Assembly: GCF_049554935.1 (NCBI RefSeq)
Contig: NZ_CP186926.1
Coordinates: 1,120,001-1,184,000 of the forward strand
Reading direction: 5' to 3'
Source: Methanocaldococcus indicus
Lineage (GTDB): Archaea > AGJL01 > Methanococci > Methanococcales > Methanocaldococcaceae
DNA length: 64,000 nt
The notes under the pieces are model-generated. The model was not told the origin of the DNA. It saw only the letters and a list, made by a program, of their open reading frames with translations, and did no database searches. Positions 11,288-20,218 of this stretch are shown here, piece by piece; position 1 is the stretch's first letter; every line of letters begins with the position of its first letter. The translations under genes and the position numbers were made by a program.

Positions 11288-11828
11288 AATTTACGATTTA
11301 TACAAAAAATTTGAATTAATTGAAAGTAATAACAAATGTAAAAAGCTATCTAAAAGAATAGAAAAAATTAAAAATGGAATTGTAGTTAAAGATATTTATG
11401 ATGTTAATTATGTTGATAGAGTTCAGGAGATTTTATTAAATTACAGAGAAATTTGGGGTTTTATTTATAAATCATCAATAAAACAGTGGATTGCAACATC
11501 TAAAACTATAAATGTAGCTGGAATTTTTTATAAGGATGATTTAATTGGAGTTATGGTTTATGGAGAGAGACCAAATTATTTGAAAATTAATTACATTGCA
11601 GTAGATAAAAAATTTAAAGATAAATCTCTTGGAGGATATTTTATTCAATTTTTAGAGAAAAAAGCTAAAAAATTAAAAAAGAAAAAAATATATGCAGAAG
11701 TTCCAAAAATAAATGAGAATGGACTAAGATTTTTTATAAAAAATAGATTTGTAATTGAAGGAATTTTAAAAAATCATACAAGAAGGGACAAAGATTTAGT
11801 TTTAATGGCTAAATATTTAGAGGGATAA
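11253..11828 (+). CDS. GNAT family acetyltransferase
   Basis: IAVDKKFKDKSLG motif A, N..GLRFF.K..F..EG motif B. Confidence 0.85.
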   Translation: MELNTQQKIIFEIYDLYKKFELIESNNKCKKLSKRIEKIKNGIVVKDIYDVNYVDRVQEILLNYREIWGFIYKSSIKQWIATSKTINVAGIFYKDDLIGVMVYGERPNYLKINYIAVDKKFKDKSLGGYFIQFLEKKAKKLKKKKIYAEVPKINENGLRFFIKNRFVIEGILKNHTRRDKDLVLMAKYLEG

Positions 11829-11829
11829 A

Positions 11830-12756
11830 ATGGTGGAATTTTTTGCATCGTTGACCATTTCTCCAGGACAAATTAGAAAAATGGTTGAACTTTTAAAGAA
11901 ACACGAACCAAAAAAATGGGCTTTTGAAAATGTGATTTTTACACCGATAGTTTCATCAGAAGGGACTATAAAAGAAATTAAAAATTTAAAAAGAAAATAT
12001 AAAACAACTATTATGTTTGATAGTGGTGGTTATTATGTTCAACAGGGAAAGTTTGAAATATATCAACTGTTTTCCTTTTTAAGGGAATTTTATGAAAACA
12101 ATAAATGGGGAGATTGGTATGTTCTACCAGATTCTCCACCAGTGTCATCTGATAGTATAAATATTGCTTGGGGAAAAGTCCATGAGACAGTTTATTTTGC
12201 AAAGAGTTTTGCAGAAGAATTTAATGGAAAAATAGAGAAAAAATTTGTTCCTGTTGTTCAGGGCATTAATGAAGAACAAATCTATTATTGTATCAAAAAT
12301 TATGCTGATTTGAATGTTAAAAGAATAGGTTTTGGAAGTTTTGGAACTTGTGGAAAGAATAATCAGATTAATCGACTAACAAAAGAAAGTTTAGAAAACT
12401 TAAAATATTTGTCTATGTTAGCAAGAGATTATGGATTTGAGTTACATGCCTTTGGTATTGGTGGAGGAAGTTCTGTAAATAAAATTAAAGACTATGTTGA
12501 TAGTTTTGATAGTAGTGGTTGGGATAAAGCTGGAGGATTTGGAGACATATTTTTTCCAGGTTCGAGAACTATTAACATAACTGGAAAATCTGGAAGAATA
12601 TCTTCAAAAAATTACATAGGTTATGAAGATATGATTGAAAATCTTAGAAATGGGCATAGGTGTTATTTTTGTAAAAATATTGCCAATCTAAAAAAATATA
12701 AGATATATCGGTCATTACATAATATAATAGTGCTTTATGAAATGGTGAAAGAATGA
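11830..12756 (+). CDS. tRNA-guanine transglycosylase (TGT)/DpdA-like base-exchange enzyme
   Basis: MFDSGGY, LPD.P, VPVVQG, LHAFG, VDSFDSSGW, C-terminal HxCxxC...HN Zn site; no PUA domain. Confidence 0.85.
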   Translation: MVEFFASLTISPGQIRKMVELLKKHEPKKWAFENVIFTPIVSSEGTIKEIKNLKRKYKTTIMFDSGGYYVQQGKFEIYQLFSFLREFYENNKWGDWYVLPDSPPVSSDSINIAWGKVHETVYFAKSFAEEFNGKIEKKFVPVVQGINEEQIYYCIKNYADLNVKRIGFGSFGTCGKNNQINRLTKESLENLKYLSMLARDYGFELHAFGIGGGSSVNKIKDYVDSFDSSGWDKAGGFGDIFFPGSRTINITGKSGRISSKNYIGYEDMIENLRNGHRCYFCKNIANLKKYKIYRSLHNIIVLYEMVKE

Positions 12757-13493
12757 GTAGGGGATATCACATTCAACATAATGCAAAACCATCAATTATT
12801 AGAGAATTTATTGAATACAGTCCAAATGCTAAAAAATCAGAACTTAAAGAAGTGTTTTTAAATATAAAACCCAGCATTATAGATGATAATTATACAATTA
12901 TGAATAAACTTATTAATAGAGAAGATAAAAATGAGATTGAAAACCTTTTGAAAATGGATGAGGTAATATTTAATAATTATCTTCATTATAAGCTCTATTC
13001 ATCATCTTTACCAATTGGATGGTCATATAGAAGTGTAATTCATATATTATTTGAAGAATATAAGGATAAAAAAATAAATTACAACGATATTGAACAAAAA
13101 GTTAAAGATAAAGCATTTAATGAAGGTTTGGGAAGTATATCATTTAGTAGCAATAGTGTTCGTGGAGCAATTAATTTTATTAAATCTTTATACCCTTCTC
13201 CAATAGATGAAAATAACATATTCAACCTCAGAGATTATTGTCAACCACATCTCTTATTATGGGGAGTGGATTATCTTTATAAAAAACAATGGGGAGAGGA
13301 ATATGGTTCATTAATGCTTTTGGATAGTGAAAAAATTGAAGAACTTTGTAAATTTTGTTTAATTGATGAAGATGTGTTGGACAATCATTTAAAGGAACTT
13401 GGATTTATGTATGATTTTGTGGAAATATCGATAAAGGCATTTGGGAAGTATATAAGATTAAAAAGAGCTTGGAGTTTTAATGATATCTTATAA
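12753..13493 (+). CDS. Hypothetical protein, possible DUF4007/SspB/BrxA-like winged-helix DNA-binding subunit
   Basis: 246 aa, overlaps the TGT stop; C-terminal F.IDED.L...L.EL....VEI pattern recalls DUF4007; family call is weak. Confidence 0.45.
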   Translation: MSRGYHIQHNAKPSIIREFIEYSPNAKKSELKEVFLNIKPSIIDDNYTIMNKLINREDKNEIENLLKMDEVIFNNYLHYKLYSSSLPIGWSYRSVIHILFEEYKDKKINYNDIEQKVKDKAFNEGLGSISFSSNSVRGAINFIKSLYPSPIDENNIFNLRDYCQPHLLLWGVDYLYKKQWGEEYGSLMLLDSEKIEELCKFCLIDEDVLDNHLKELGFMYDFVEISIKAFGKYIRLKRAWSFNDIL

Positions 13494-13505
13494 AAGGGGA
13501 AAATA

Positions 13506-14015
13506 ATGGATTATATTGTACTAATAAACTATATCAAAAATAATTATTCTTTTAATTGGCTAACAAATAGTCAGAAAAATGCGTATAATATATTAAAAGA
13601 GTATCTTATTTATGATGATGTTATTAATCTTTATGGAAAAAGAGGAGTAGGGAAAACATTTTTAGGATGGGTATTTGCAAAAAATAACAACTTTATATAT
13701 TTTGAAAATGAAGATGCATTTAGAAATTATAAAGTAAAGACAAAAATAAATGCAATTATTGATAATGGCTCATTGAAGGATGGAAGGGAGATTAGAAGGA
13801 TGGTCTCCTTAAAAACCAATAAAGTAATTTACATTTCAAGAAAGAAAATTTTAGATTATGGTATAGAGTTAAAGTTAGATTTAAATGATGTAGAACATGT
13901 TTTAAATAATCTATCTCCAATTATTGGAGAAAATATAAATACTAACATTCAAAATTTGAAAATAAATGATATCGATTTATGGAACATTTTTAAGGGGAGG
14001 GTATATGAATATTAG
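13506..14015 (+). CDS. Small P-loop NTPase-like protein (BrxB-like position)
   Basis: INLYGKRGVGKT Walker A, AIIDN degenerate Walker B; directly upstream of the large ATPase. Confidence 0.65.
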   Translation: MDYIVLINYIKNNYSFNWLTNSQKNAYNILKEYLIYDDVINLYGKRGVGKTFLGWVFAKNNNFIYFENEDAFRNYKVKTKINAIIDNGSLKDGREIRRMVSLKTNKVIYISRKKILDYGIELKLDLNDVEHVLNNLSPIIGENINTNIQNLKINDIDLWNIFKGRVYEY

Positions 14016-17000
14016 TGTATTAGAATTTATAATAAATAAAAGTCCAGTAGTAGATACACAATCAGCCGAAAATTTAATAAATGAACCAGATTCAGTTGCA
14101 GATAAGTATGAAAATCATTTAAAAACCTATATAAAAGTTGATAATGAAGAATTTGATAAGCGATTTGTGAGAGAAATTAAAAAAGGAAAAACTGTAAAAG
14201 GTTATATTTCCGCTCCTTTTGGTTATGGAAAGACAAGTAAAGCATTAAGTTTATGGGAATATTGTAAAAAGAATAACATCTTTTCCATCCCTCCATTTAA
14301 ATTTGATGGAAAGCTTGATACAATAATGGACGCAGTTTATGGATGGACTAGATATGTTTATAAATACAAATATCCTGAATATGTGGACAAAATTGAAAAA
14401 ATTTATAGAAAATATAAAACACTAAGTATAGAAAAAGAAATAGATGAACTGGCAAAAAAAGAACACTTAACGAGAGATGAAGCAAAAAGAATAATTAATA
14501 ATTTCATAGAAAAAGGTAAACTAATTATATCAATGACACCAAAGGACTTGATGAATTTTTTAAAAGAGATGAATGAGATTATAAAAAAACATTTTGATGG
14601 ATTGGCAATTTTTGTAGATGAAGTGCAAGGAATAAAAAATATGGAAACTATTAATAATTTAAGAAACTTTATTTTCGAACTTAGTATTAACAATATAGGA
14701 TTAGGTATTTTATTCATAATTCCTGATTATCAAGAAGAGGACTTAAATATAAGAGCAGGAGATTTAATTGACAGATTACGAAAAGATGGATTTTACTTAA
14801 ATTTAGTAAATATATACAATGTAGATTTTGCAGAAAAATTATGGAAAAAATATGGAGAACTTTTACAATTTAATCCTTATGATATTATAACAAAGGACTG
14901 TTTAAGAAGTATTGGAGAAATATCTTCAAGAGATGATTTAGGAAAAGGTCCAAGAACTGTCATAGGGGCATTTAAATGTGCTTGTATGAAATATAAAGAA
15001 AAATTTGAGCCATACAATGTGTTTGATTTTGTTAATGATATTTTAAATGGTAAAATCGCATACATACAACAAAAATATTTAGATGCTTTAAATGAGGGGC
15101 TATCATTGAAGAAAGTTAATTCCGAAGAAAAAAGAAATGTTATTAAATTATTAGGGGCATTCCCGAGAGGAATAAGTGAAGAAATGATAAAAAAGTATGG
15201 CTTATATGATGAGTATGAAGAACTATCAGATGCTTATTATGGAACTGAGATTGTTTATGCACTTGAGGGATATACTCTAAGAGGATTATTAGACGAAACA
15301 CCAGATGGCTATGTCGAACAGCATATAAGGAAATTTAGAAGTGTATTTGATGAATCTTGGGAGGACGAGATGATTAATGCTTTTATAAATTATATATTAC
15401 CTGAAATTTTCCCAAAGAAAAAAGGATCTCAGATTGTAGGGTGGAGATTTGATAAAAAATACCCAATAAGTAATGGATATTATCACCAACTAACTGGGAC
15501 ATTTAATCCAAAATATCCTTTTAGAATTGTTGGGATATATTCTTTGAGGAAAGAACTTAAAGAAAAAGAAATGACGCTTATTAAAAATTTGGTTAATAAT
15601 GAGTCACCAGATGTTGAATTTAAATTTATATTAGATAAAAACATAGAAAATAACGATTTGATAATTAACTATAAAAATGGAGAAGTTATCTTTAAATTTG
15701 ATGTTTTAAAGAAAGTTGGAGAAGATAAATTACCTGGAGATTTGAAAAAACTTCAACAATATGTTAAACCACAAGAAGTTACGCCAATGTTTATGTTATG
15801 TCTTTTAGATTACTTTGACAAAATAAAAGAAAAAGAAGATGAATATGCAAAGTATGGGGGTGAAATTAATGCATTAAGGTCTATTCTTGTAAGATATTTA
15901 AAAAGATTTTTGTTTTCTGATGAGTTGGCAGAAAAATACGAGTTAAGGAAAAGACAAGAAAAAATAGTCGAAGAAATATTTAATAGAATTTGTGAATATA
16001 AATTTAAAGATTATAGAACATTAATTCATTCTCCAAACTGGCATAGAGATTTAGAGAGATATAGAATTTTATTGGAATCACTTTCAATTTCAAAAAGAAG
16101 GGGTGAAGAATTTGAAACTACTAAAAAAGAACTAGTTTCTAAATTGACTGGAAGTAAGAATCCAAGTGTTGCAGGATTCGATGATGAATGTAAAAATGGA
16201 AAATGGAAGGACTTGATATATTTGGAATATTGGGGTAAAGGAGAAAAAATTAAGGTTAAATTAAAAAAGCATCAACTTGAAGAAAGGATATTAAAAGAAT
16301 TCATTGAAAAATGGACACAACCAATAAGTATTGATGTAATAATTAATTATGGAATTAATTTGGGATACATTCCAGAAGAAGTCGAAGAAATTTTAAAAAT
16401 CCTTGAAAGTAGGAAATACATTGAAATTGATAAAGGATATATATTCAAACTTGAGGAGATAACAAACACTGATGTTTTAAATAAATTTGATGAAATTGAA
16501 AAACTTGCGAAGAAAGTTGCCAATCTTTATAAAAAATATGGAAAAGATATCCCAAACATCCCCATAAAATTATCTAAAAAAGATGAAATTAAGAACCAAA
16601 ATGATTCTGATTTATTATACAAAGAATTAGAACTTTTGGAAAGTTGGGAAAAAACATTAAAAGGATATCATAAGATGATTAAAAATGAAATAGATAAAAA
16701 TAAGGAAGAACTACTAAATGAAATCATAAAAACAAGGGAAAAAACAGAAGGACTAAAAAAGAAAATAGATGACATAAAAGAGGATATTATAAAGACCCAT
16801 TATTCATTAGGGGGAATTGTTAAGCATTTAGAAGAACAAATAAAGATAACAAAAAAGAAATGTAATAAGATATCGAGAGATTTATTGGAATTGAGAGAAA
16901 AAATAAACTCTTCAAGAGATATTGAAACTCTTGCCGAGATTTTAAATATTGCAAATAAAGAAATGGAACGTTTAAGAAAAGAACATACTGACATTAATGA

Positions 17001-17841
17001 AAAATATAATAAATTTAAATCTTGGTTAGCAATTCTTAGAAAATTAGAAGAATTACATGAAAAAATAGATTCCTATAAGGATTATATTGATATTGATGAA
17101 GAATATGAAAGATTTAACGAACTAATAGACGAAATAATAACTAACTTTGCAAGAGATGGGTGGGATTATCTAAACATGGATAAGGACGTTGAAAAAGATA
17201 TAGAATTAATAGAAAAAGACATAAAGAAAAAAGAAAGTAATTTAAGAAACGAATTTAATAAGATTCAAGATGAAATAAAAACAAAAATGGTTATCTTATC
17301 TCAAACACTAAAATCGTTAGATGTTTCTCCGTATTCATACAGAGAAGCATTTAGTATTGAAGATAGAGAGACAGCATACCAAAATCTTGTAAGAAATGTG
17401 AGGTTGTATCTCCAAGAAATTTTAAACAAGTTACATGACTATATTATATCATTAAAAACTGAAGTAGAGGTTAAATTGGGTAATAATGAAAATTATATAA
17501 CTATACTAAAGGAAATAGAAGATAAATTGGACAATATAAATATAGAAATTATAGAAAAAAATAATTTAATAACTGCTGTTGAAGAAATAAAATCAAATAT
17601 ACTTGATATATGGGAAGAAATAGAGAAGACTAGAAAAGAAATAAAAAGAGAAATTATTGAAAAAAATAAATCTGGTAAGTCAGAAGAAGAAATAAAAATA
17701 ATAGAATTATTAAACAAATATGGTGAAATTTCCATTAAAGAACTTACAAAACATTTAAACATGCCTATCGAGGGGACGTTAAAATGTCTATTGAATATGG
17801 AGAATATAGAAATAATTGTAAGGAAAAGATGGAAAAAATAA
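14005..17841 (+). CDS. Large P-loop ATPase with long C-terminal coiled coil (BrxC/SspC/PglY-like)
   Basis: APFGYGKTS Walker A, AIFVDEVQ Walker B, GPRT sensor-like motif, ~450 aa E/K-rich heptads, terminal wHTH-like segment; GGGGAGG RBS before ATG 14005. Confidence 0.75.
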   Translation: MNISVLEFIINKSPVVDTQSAENLINEPDSVADKYENHLKTYIKVDNEEFDKRFVREIKKGKTVKGYISAPFGYGKTSKALSLWEYCKKNNIFSIPPFKFDGKLDTIMDAVYGWTRYVYKYKYPEYVDKIEKIYRKYKTLSIEKEIDELAKKEHLTRDEAKRIINNFIEKGKLIISMTPKDLMNFLKEMNEIIKKHFDGLAIFVDEVQGIKNMETINNLRNFIFELSINNIGLGILFIIPDYQEEDLNIRAGDLIDRLRKDGFYLNLVNIYNVDFAEKLWKKYGELLQFNPYDIITKDCLRSIGEISSRDDLGKGPRTVIGAFKCACMKYKEKFEPYNVFDFVNDILNGKIAYIQQKYLDALNEGLSLKKVNSEEKRNVIKLLGAFPRGISEEMIKKYGLYDEYEELSDAYYGTEIVYALEGYTLRGLLDETPDGYVEQHIRKFRSVFDESWEDEMINAFINYILPEIFPKKKGSQIVGWRFDKKYPISNGYYHQLTGTFNPKYPFRIVGIYSLRKELKEKEMTLIKNLVNNESPDVEFKFILDKNIENNDLIINYKNGEVIFKFDVLKKVGEDKLPGDLKKLQQYVKPQEVTPMFMLCLLDYFDKIKEKEDEYAKYGGEINALRSILVRYLKRFLFSDELAEKYELRKRQEKIVEEIFNRICEYKFKDYRTLIHSPNWHRDLERYRILLESLSISKRRGEEFETTKKELVSKLTGSKNPSVAGFDDECKNGKWKDLIYLEYWGKGEKIKVKLKKHQLEERILKEFIEKWTQPISIDVIINYGINLGYIPEEVEEILKILESRKYIEIDKGYIFKLEEITNTDVLNKFDEIEKLAKKVANLYKKYGKDIPNIPIKLSKKDEIKNQNDSDLLYKELELLESWEKTLKGYHKMIKNEIDKNKEELLNEIIKTREKTEGLKKKIDDIKEDIIKTHYSLGGIVKHLEEQIKITKKKCNKISRDLLELREKINSSRDIETLAEILNIANKEMERLRKEHTDINEKYNKFKSWLAILRKLEELHEKIDSYKDYIDIDEEYERFNELIDEIITNFARDGWDYLNMDKDVEKDIELIEKDIKKKESNLRNEFNKIQDEIKTKMVILSQTLKSLDVSPYSYREAFSIEDRETAYQNLVRNVRLYLQEILNKLHDYIISLKTEVEVKLGNNENYITILKEIEDKLDNINIEIIEKNNLITAVEEIKSNILDIWEEIEKTRKEIKREIIEKNKSGKSEEEIKIIELLNKYGEISIKELTKHLNMPIEGTLKCLLNMENIEIIVRKRWKK

Positions 17842-18734
17842 AGACTCCATGTTACTTAAAAATAAAACATAAACTTTCACTTCTATTTTCTGATTTTGAA
17901 GACATCTCCTATAATGATTTCTGGTTAATGGTAGACAACCCAAATAAAAAACTTCCTCAGAAAAAATTTGTTATAACCGATAAATTTGATTATAGATTAC
18001 CTATTTATGAAATAAATCATAATCCTTTTACACCAGAATTAAACAAAATTATTAGTGAAAAATATCATCTAATTGAAAAATATGTTAAGACACAAAGAGA
18101 TATTAAAGATTATATCGTTGATTATGTTAATACCAAAACTCCAAAAACTGTTATTTTGTATCTTATTGATGGACTATCGTATTGGGACTATATAAATGCA
18201 AGCATAAAATATAATGTTGAACCAATATTTGTCAATGGAAAAACAACAACCGAAAATGGGCTTAAAAATATTGTTTATGGAAAAAATGGCATACCTATTG
18301 CAAAAGAACTTTATAAGTTTGGATATAAAGGCTACGGACAAACTTATTGGAATAGAAAAAATAAATTAACAGATATTTTGTTTAGATACATAAGTGAAAA
18401 GAACATTTTTTATTATGATGAAAACATACACGACATAATAGTTAAAAATAAACAATCAAAGAAATATATTCAAATTTATAAAATTGGATTAGATGATGAT
18501 GCACATAAGTTAAGAGAAGTTAGTAAAAAAAGTATAATTAATAAAATAAAAGAAATATTTGAAAATATAAACATCTTAAGAGATATTCTAAATCAAACTA
18601 ATCAGCCTTATCTTATAGTAATTACTGCTGACCATGGTATAAAGTGGGATTTTACAAAAAAATATAGAAAAGGTTCTCATGGAAACATTTCATTTGAGGA
18701 GTGTTTTGTGCCTTTAATTATAATTGAGGGGTAG
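17829..18734 (+). CDS. PglZ-like alkaline phosphatase superfamily protein
   Basis: LYLIDGLSY, LDDDAH, IVITADHG, SHGNISFEECFVP metal-binding motifs typical of the PglZ domain. Confidence 0.82.
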   Translation: MEKIKTPCYLKIKHKLSLLFSDFEDISYNDFWLMVDNPNKKLPQKKFVITDKFDYRLPIYEINHNPFTPELNKIISEKYHLIEKYVKTQRDIKDYIVDYVNTKTPKTVILYLIDGLSYWDYINASIKYNVEPIFVNGKTTTENGLKNIVYGKNGIPIAKELYKFGYKGYGQTYWNRKNKLTDILFRYISEKNIFYYDENIHDIIVKNKQSKKYIQIYKIGLDDDAHKLREVSKKSIINKIKEIFENINILRDILNQTNQPYLIVITADHGIKWDFTKKYRKGSHGNISFEECFVPLIIIEG

Positions 18735-18736
18735 CT

Positions 18737-19897
18737 ATGTTATTTATTGGAAGAGAAAAACTAAAAGACAGATTAGGAGATGATGTGTATATAGATGCTT
18801 CAAAATCTCATGCAATTTTTATTTGTGGTAAAAGAGGTAGTGGAAAAAGTTATACTTTAGGTGTTTTAGTTGAAGAACTTCAAGAAAAATACTCCGAGTA
18901 TCTAAAAATTATTATCGACCCAATGGGGATATTTTGGACTATGGTAGAGCCAAATGAAGAACAGGAAGAAGAACTTTGGGATTGGGATTTATATCCAGAA
19001 AGATATCCTGTTAAGTTAATAGTCCCTGGGGAAATAGAGGAAAGATTTGACGAAGATGTTATAAAAGAAATGGAAAATAGGGGAGTAGAATTTAAAAAAC
19101 TTCTTTTGAATCCTTCTGATATCTCAGCAGAAGGATGGTGTGATTTATTCAATTTAAATATAAACGAAATTATGGGAATTGCTTTGTATAGGGCAATTGA
19201 TAATATTGAAAAAGATTTTTTCACAATAGATGATATTATTTATGAGGTTGAGATGGATACAAAATCAAAAGAATCTACAAAAGAAGCATTAATAAATCGT
19301 CTAAACATGGCAAAAAAGTGGGGAATTTTTTCAGATGAATACATTCCAATAGAAAATATTTTTGAAAAAAATTCAATAAATGTTATTGATTTAAGTGTTA
19401 TTGAAAGTGGAAGATATGGGTTAAGAGATTTGATTGTATCAATAATTGCAAAATACTTATTTAATCAACGATTGAAAGCAAGAAAAAAAGAAATGTTAAA
19501 TTTACAATCAAAAATGCCAAAAGTTTGGCTGTTTATTGACGAAGCACATAATTTTATTCCTTCTGGGAAATCAACATTATCAAAAGAAATTCTAATAAGA
19601 TGGGCAAAGGAAGGACGACAGCCTGGGTTAAATTTAGTTATAGCTACTCAACAACCATCAGCAATTGACAATGAAGTTTTAAGTCAATGTGATATAATCT
19701 TTGCTCATAAAGTGACTAATAGAGAAGATATAAATGCATTAAATAAGCTCAATCAAGAGTATATGGGAAAGGAACTAAAAGTATATATTAAAGATTTAAA
19801 TAAAGGAGAATGTGTTTTTATTGATGATGAAAAAGAATTCTTAAAAATTATAAAAATAAGAACAAGAAAAAGTAAACATGGAGGAGGAGAAAAGTAA
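18737..19897 (+). CDS. HerA/FtsK-like ATPase (DUF87), no N-terminal HAS barrel
   Basis: ICGKRGSGKSYT, IIDPMG, LFIDEAHNF, KEGRQPG, ATQQPS. Confidence 0.9.
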   Translation: MLFIGREKLKDRLGDDVYIDASKSHAIFICGKRGSGKSYTLGVLVEELQEKYSEYLKIIIDPMGIFWTMVEPNEEQEEELWDWDLYPERYPVKLIVPGEIEERFDEDVIKEMENRGVEFKKLLLNPSDISAEGWCDLFNLNINEIMGIALYRAIDNIEKDFFTIDDIIYEVEMDTKSKESTKEALINRLNMAKKWGIFSDEYIPIENIFEKNSINVIDLSVIESGRYGLRDLIVSIIAKYLFNQRLKARKKEMLNLQSKMPKVWLFIDEAHNFIPSGKSTLSKEILIRWAKEGRQPGLNLVIATQQPSAIDNEVLSQCDIIFAHKVTNREDINALNKLNQEYMGKELKVYIKDLNKGECVFIDDEKEFLKIIKIRTRKSKHGGGEK

Positions 19898-20175
19898 AAA
19901 TATGAAATTATTTATAGAAAAACAGGAATTAACAAAATTTTATTAATTTTAGGAATGGAGTTAAATAGTATTTATCACATATAGTCAATACTGACAATAA
20001 ATAATAACCTAAATGATAATTATAAAGTATTTGAATAAAAAAATAATAAAATATAAGACTCAATACGGCTCATAAAATAAATAAAATCCTAAATGAAATT
20101 CTGTTCTGTATTATTTATGTCCTTTCTCAGTTTTATACTAACAGTGCATATTATTATCATCTGTTTTTTATTGAT

Positions 20176-20218
20176 TTATAAATATATGCTATTATTTTAA
20201 TATATTGTCTTGTATTTT
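20176..20218. repeat. Right copy of 43-bp direct repeat, overlapping the pilin-like gene stop codon
   Basis: Identical to 8606-8648; encodes KIQDNILK-stop of the 20192-20413 gene. Confidence 0.92.

Larger units (their letters stand above)
8606..20218. mobile_element. ~11.6 kb genomic (defence) island integrated at the 3' end of a pilin-like gene
   Basis: Bounded by perfect 43-bp direct repeats; accessory cargo and a transposase remnant; no integrase seen. Confidence 0.8.

Noticed and set aside
11830-12756. Housekeeping archaeosine tRNA-guanine transglycosylase (tgtA)
   Set aside because: Too short, no PUA/C-terminal domains, divergent, and located in an island operon
14005-17841. SMC/Rad50 or Wadjet JetC
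   Set aside because: Walker A and B are both N-terminal and there is no C-terminal ABC signature half
18737-19897. Core HerA of the herA-nurA-mre11-rad50 repair operon, or a VirB4 conjugation ATPase
   Set aside because: No HAS barrel, no repair genes and no membrane T4SS genes nearby
19898-20175. Possible ncRNA or degenerate CRISPR repeat at the island's right end
   Set aside because: AT-rich, no stable GC hairpin, and only patchy similarity to the CRISPR repeat
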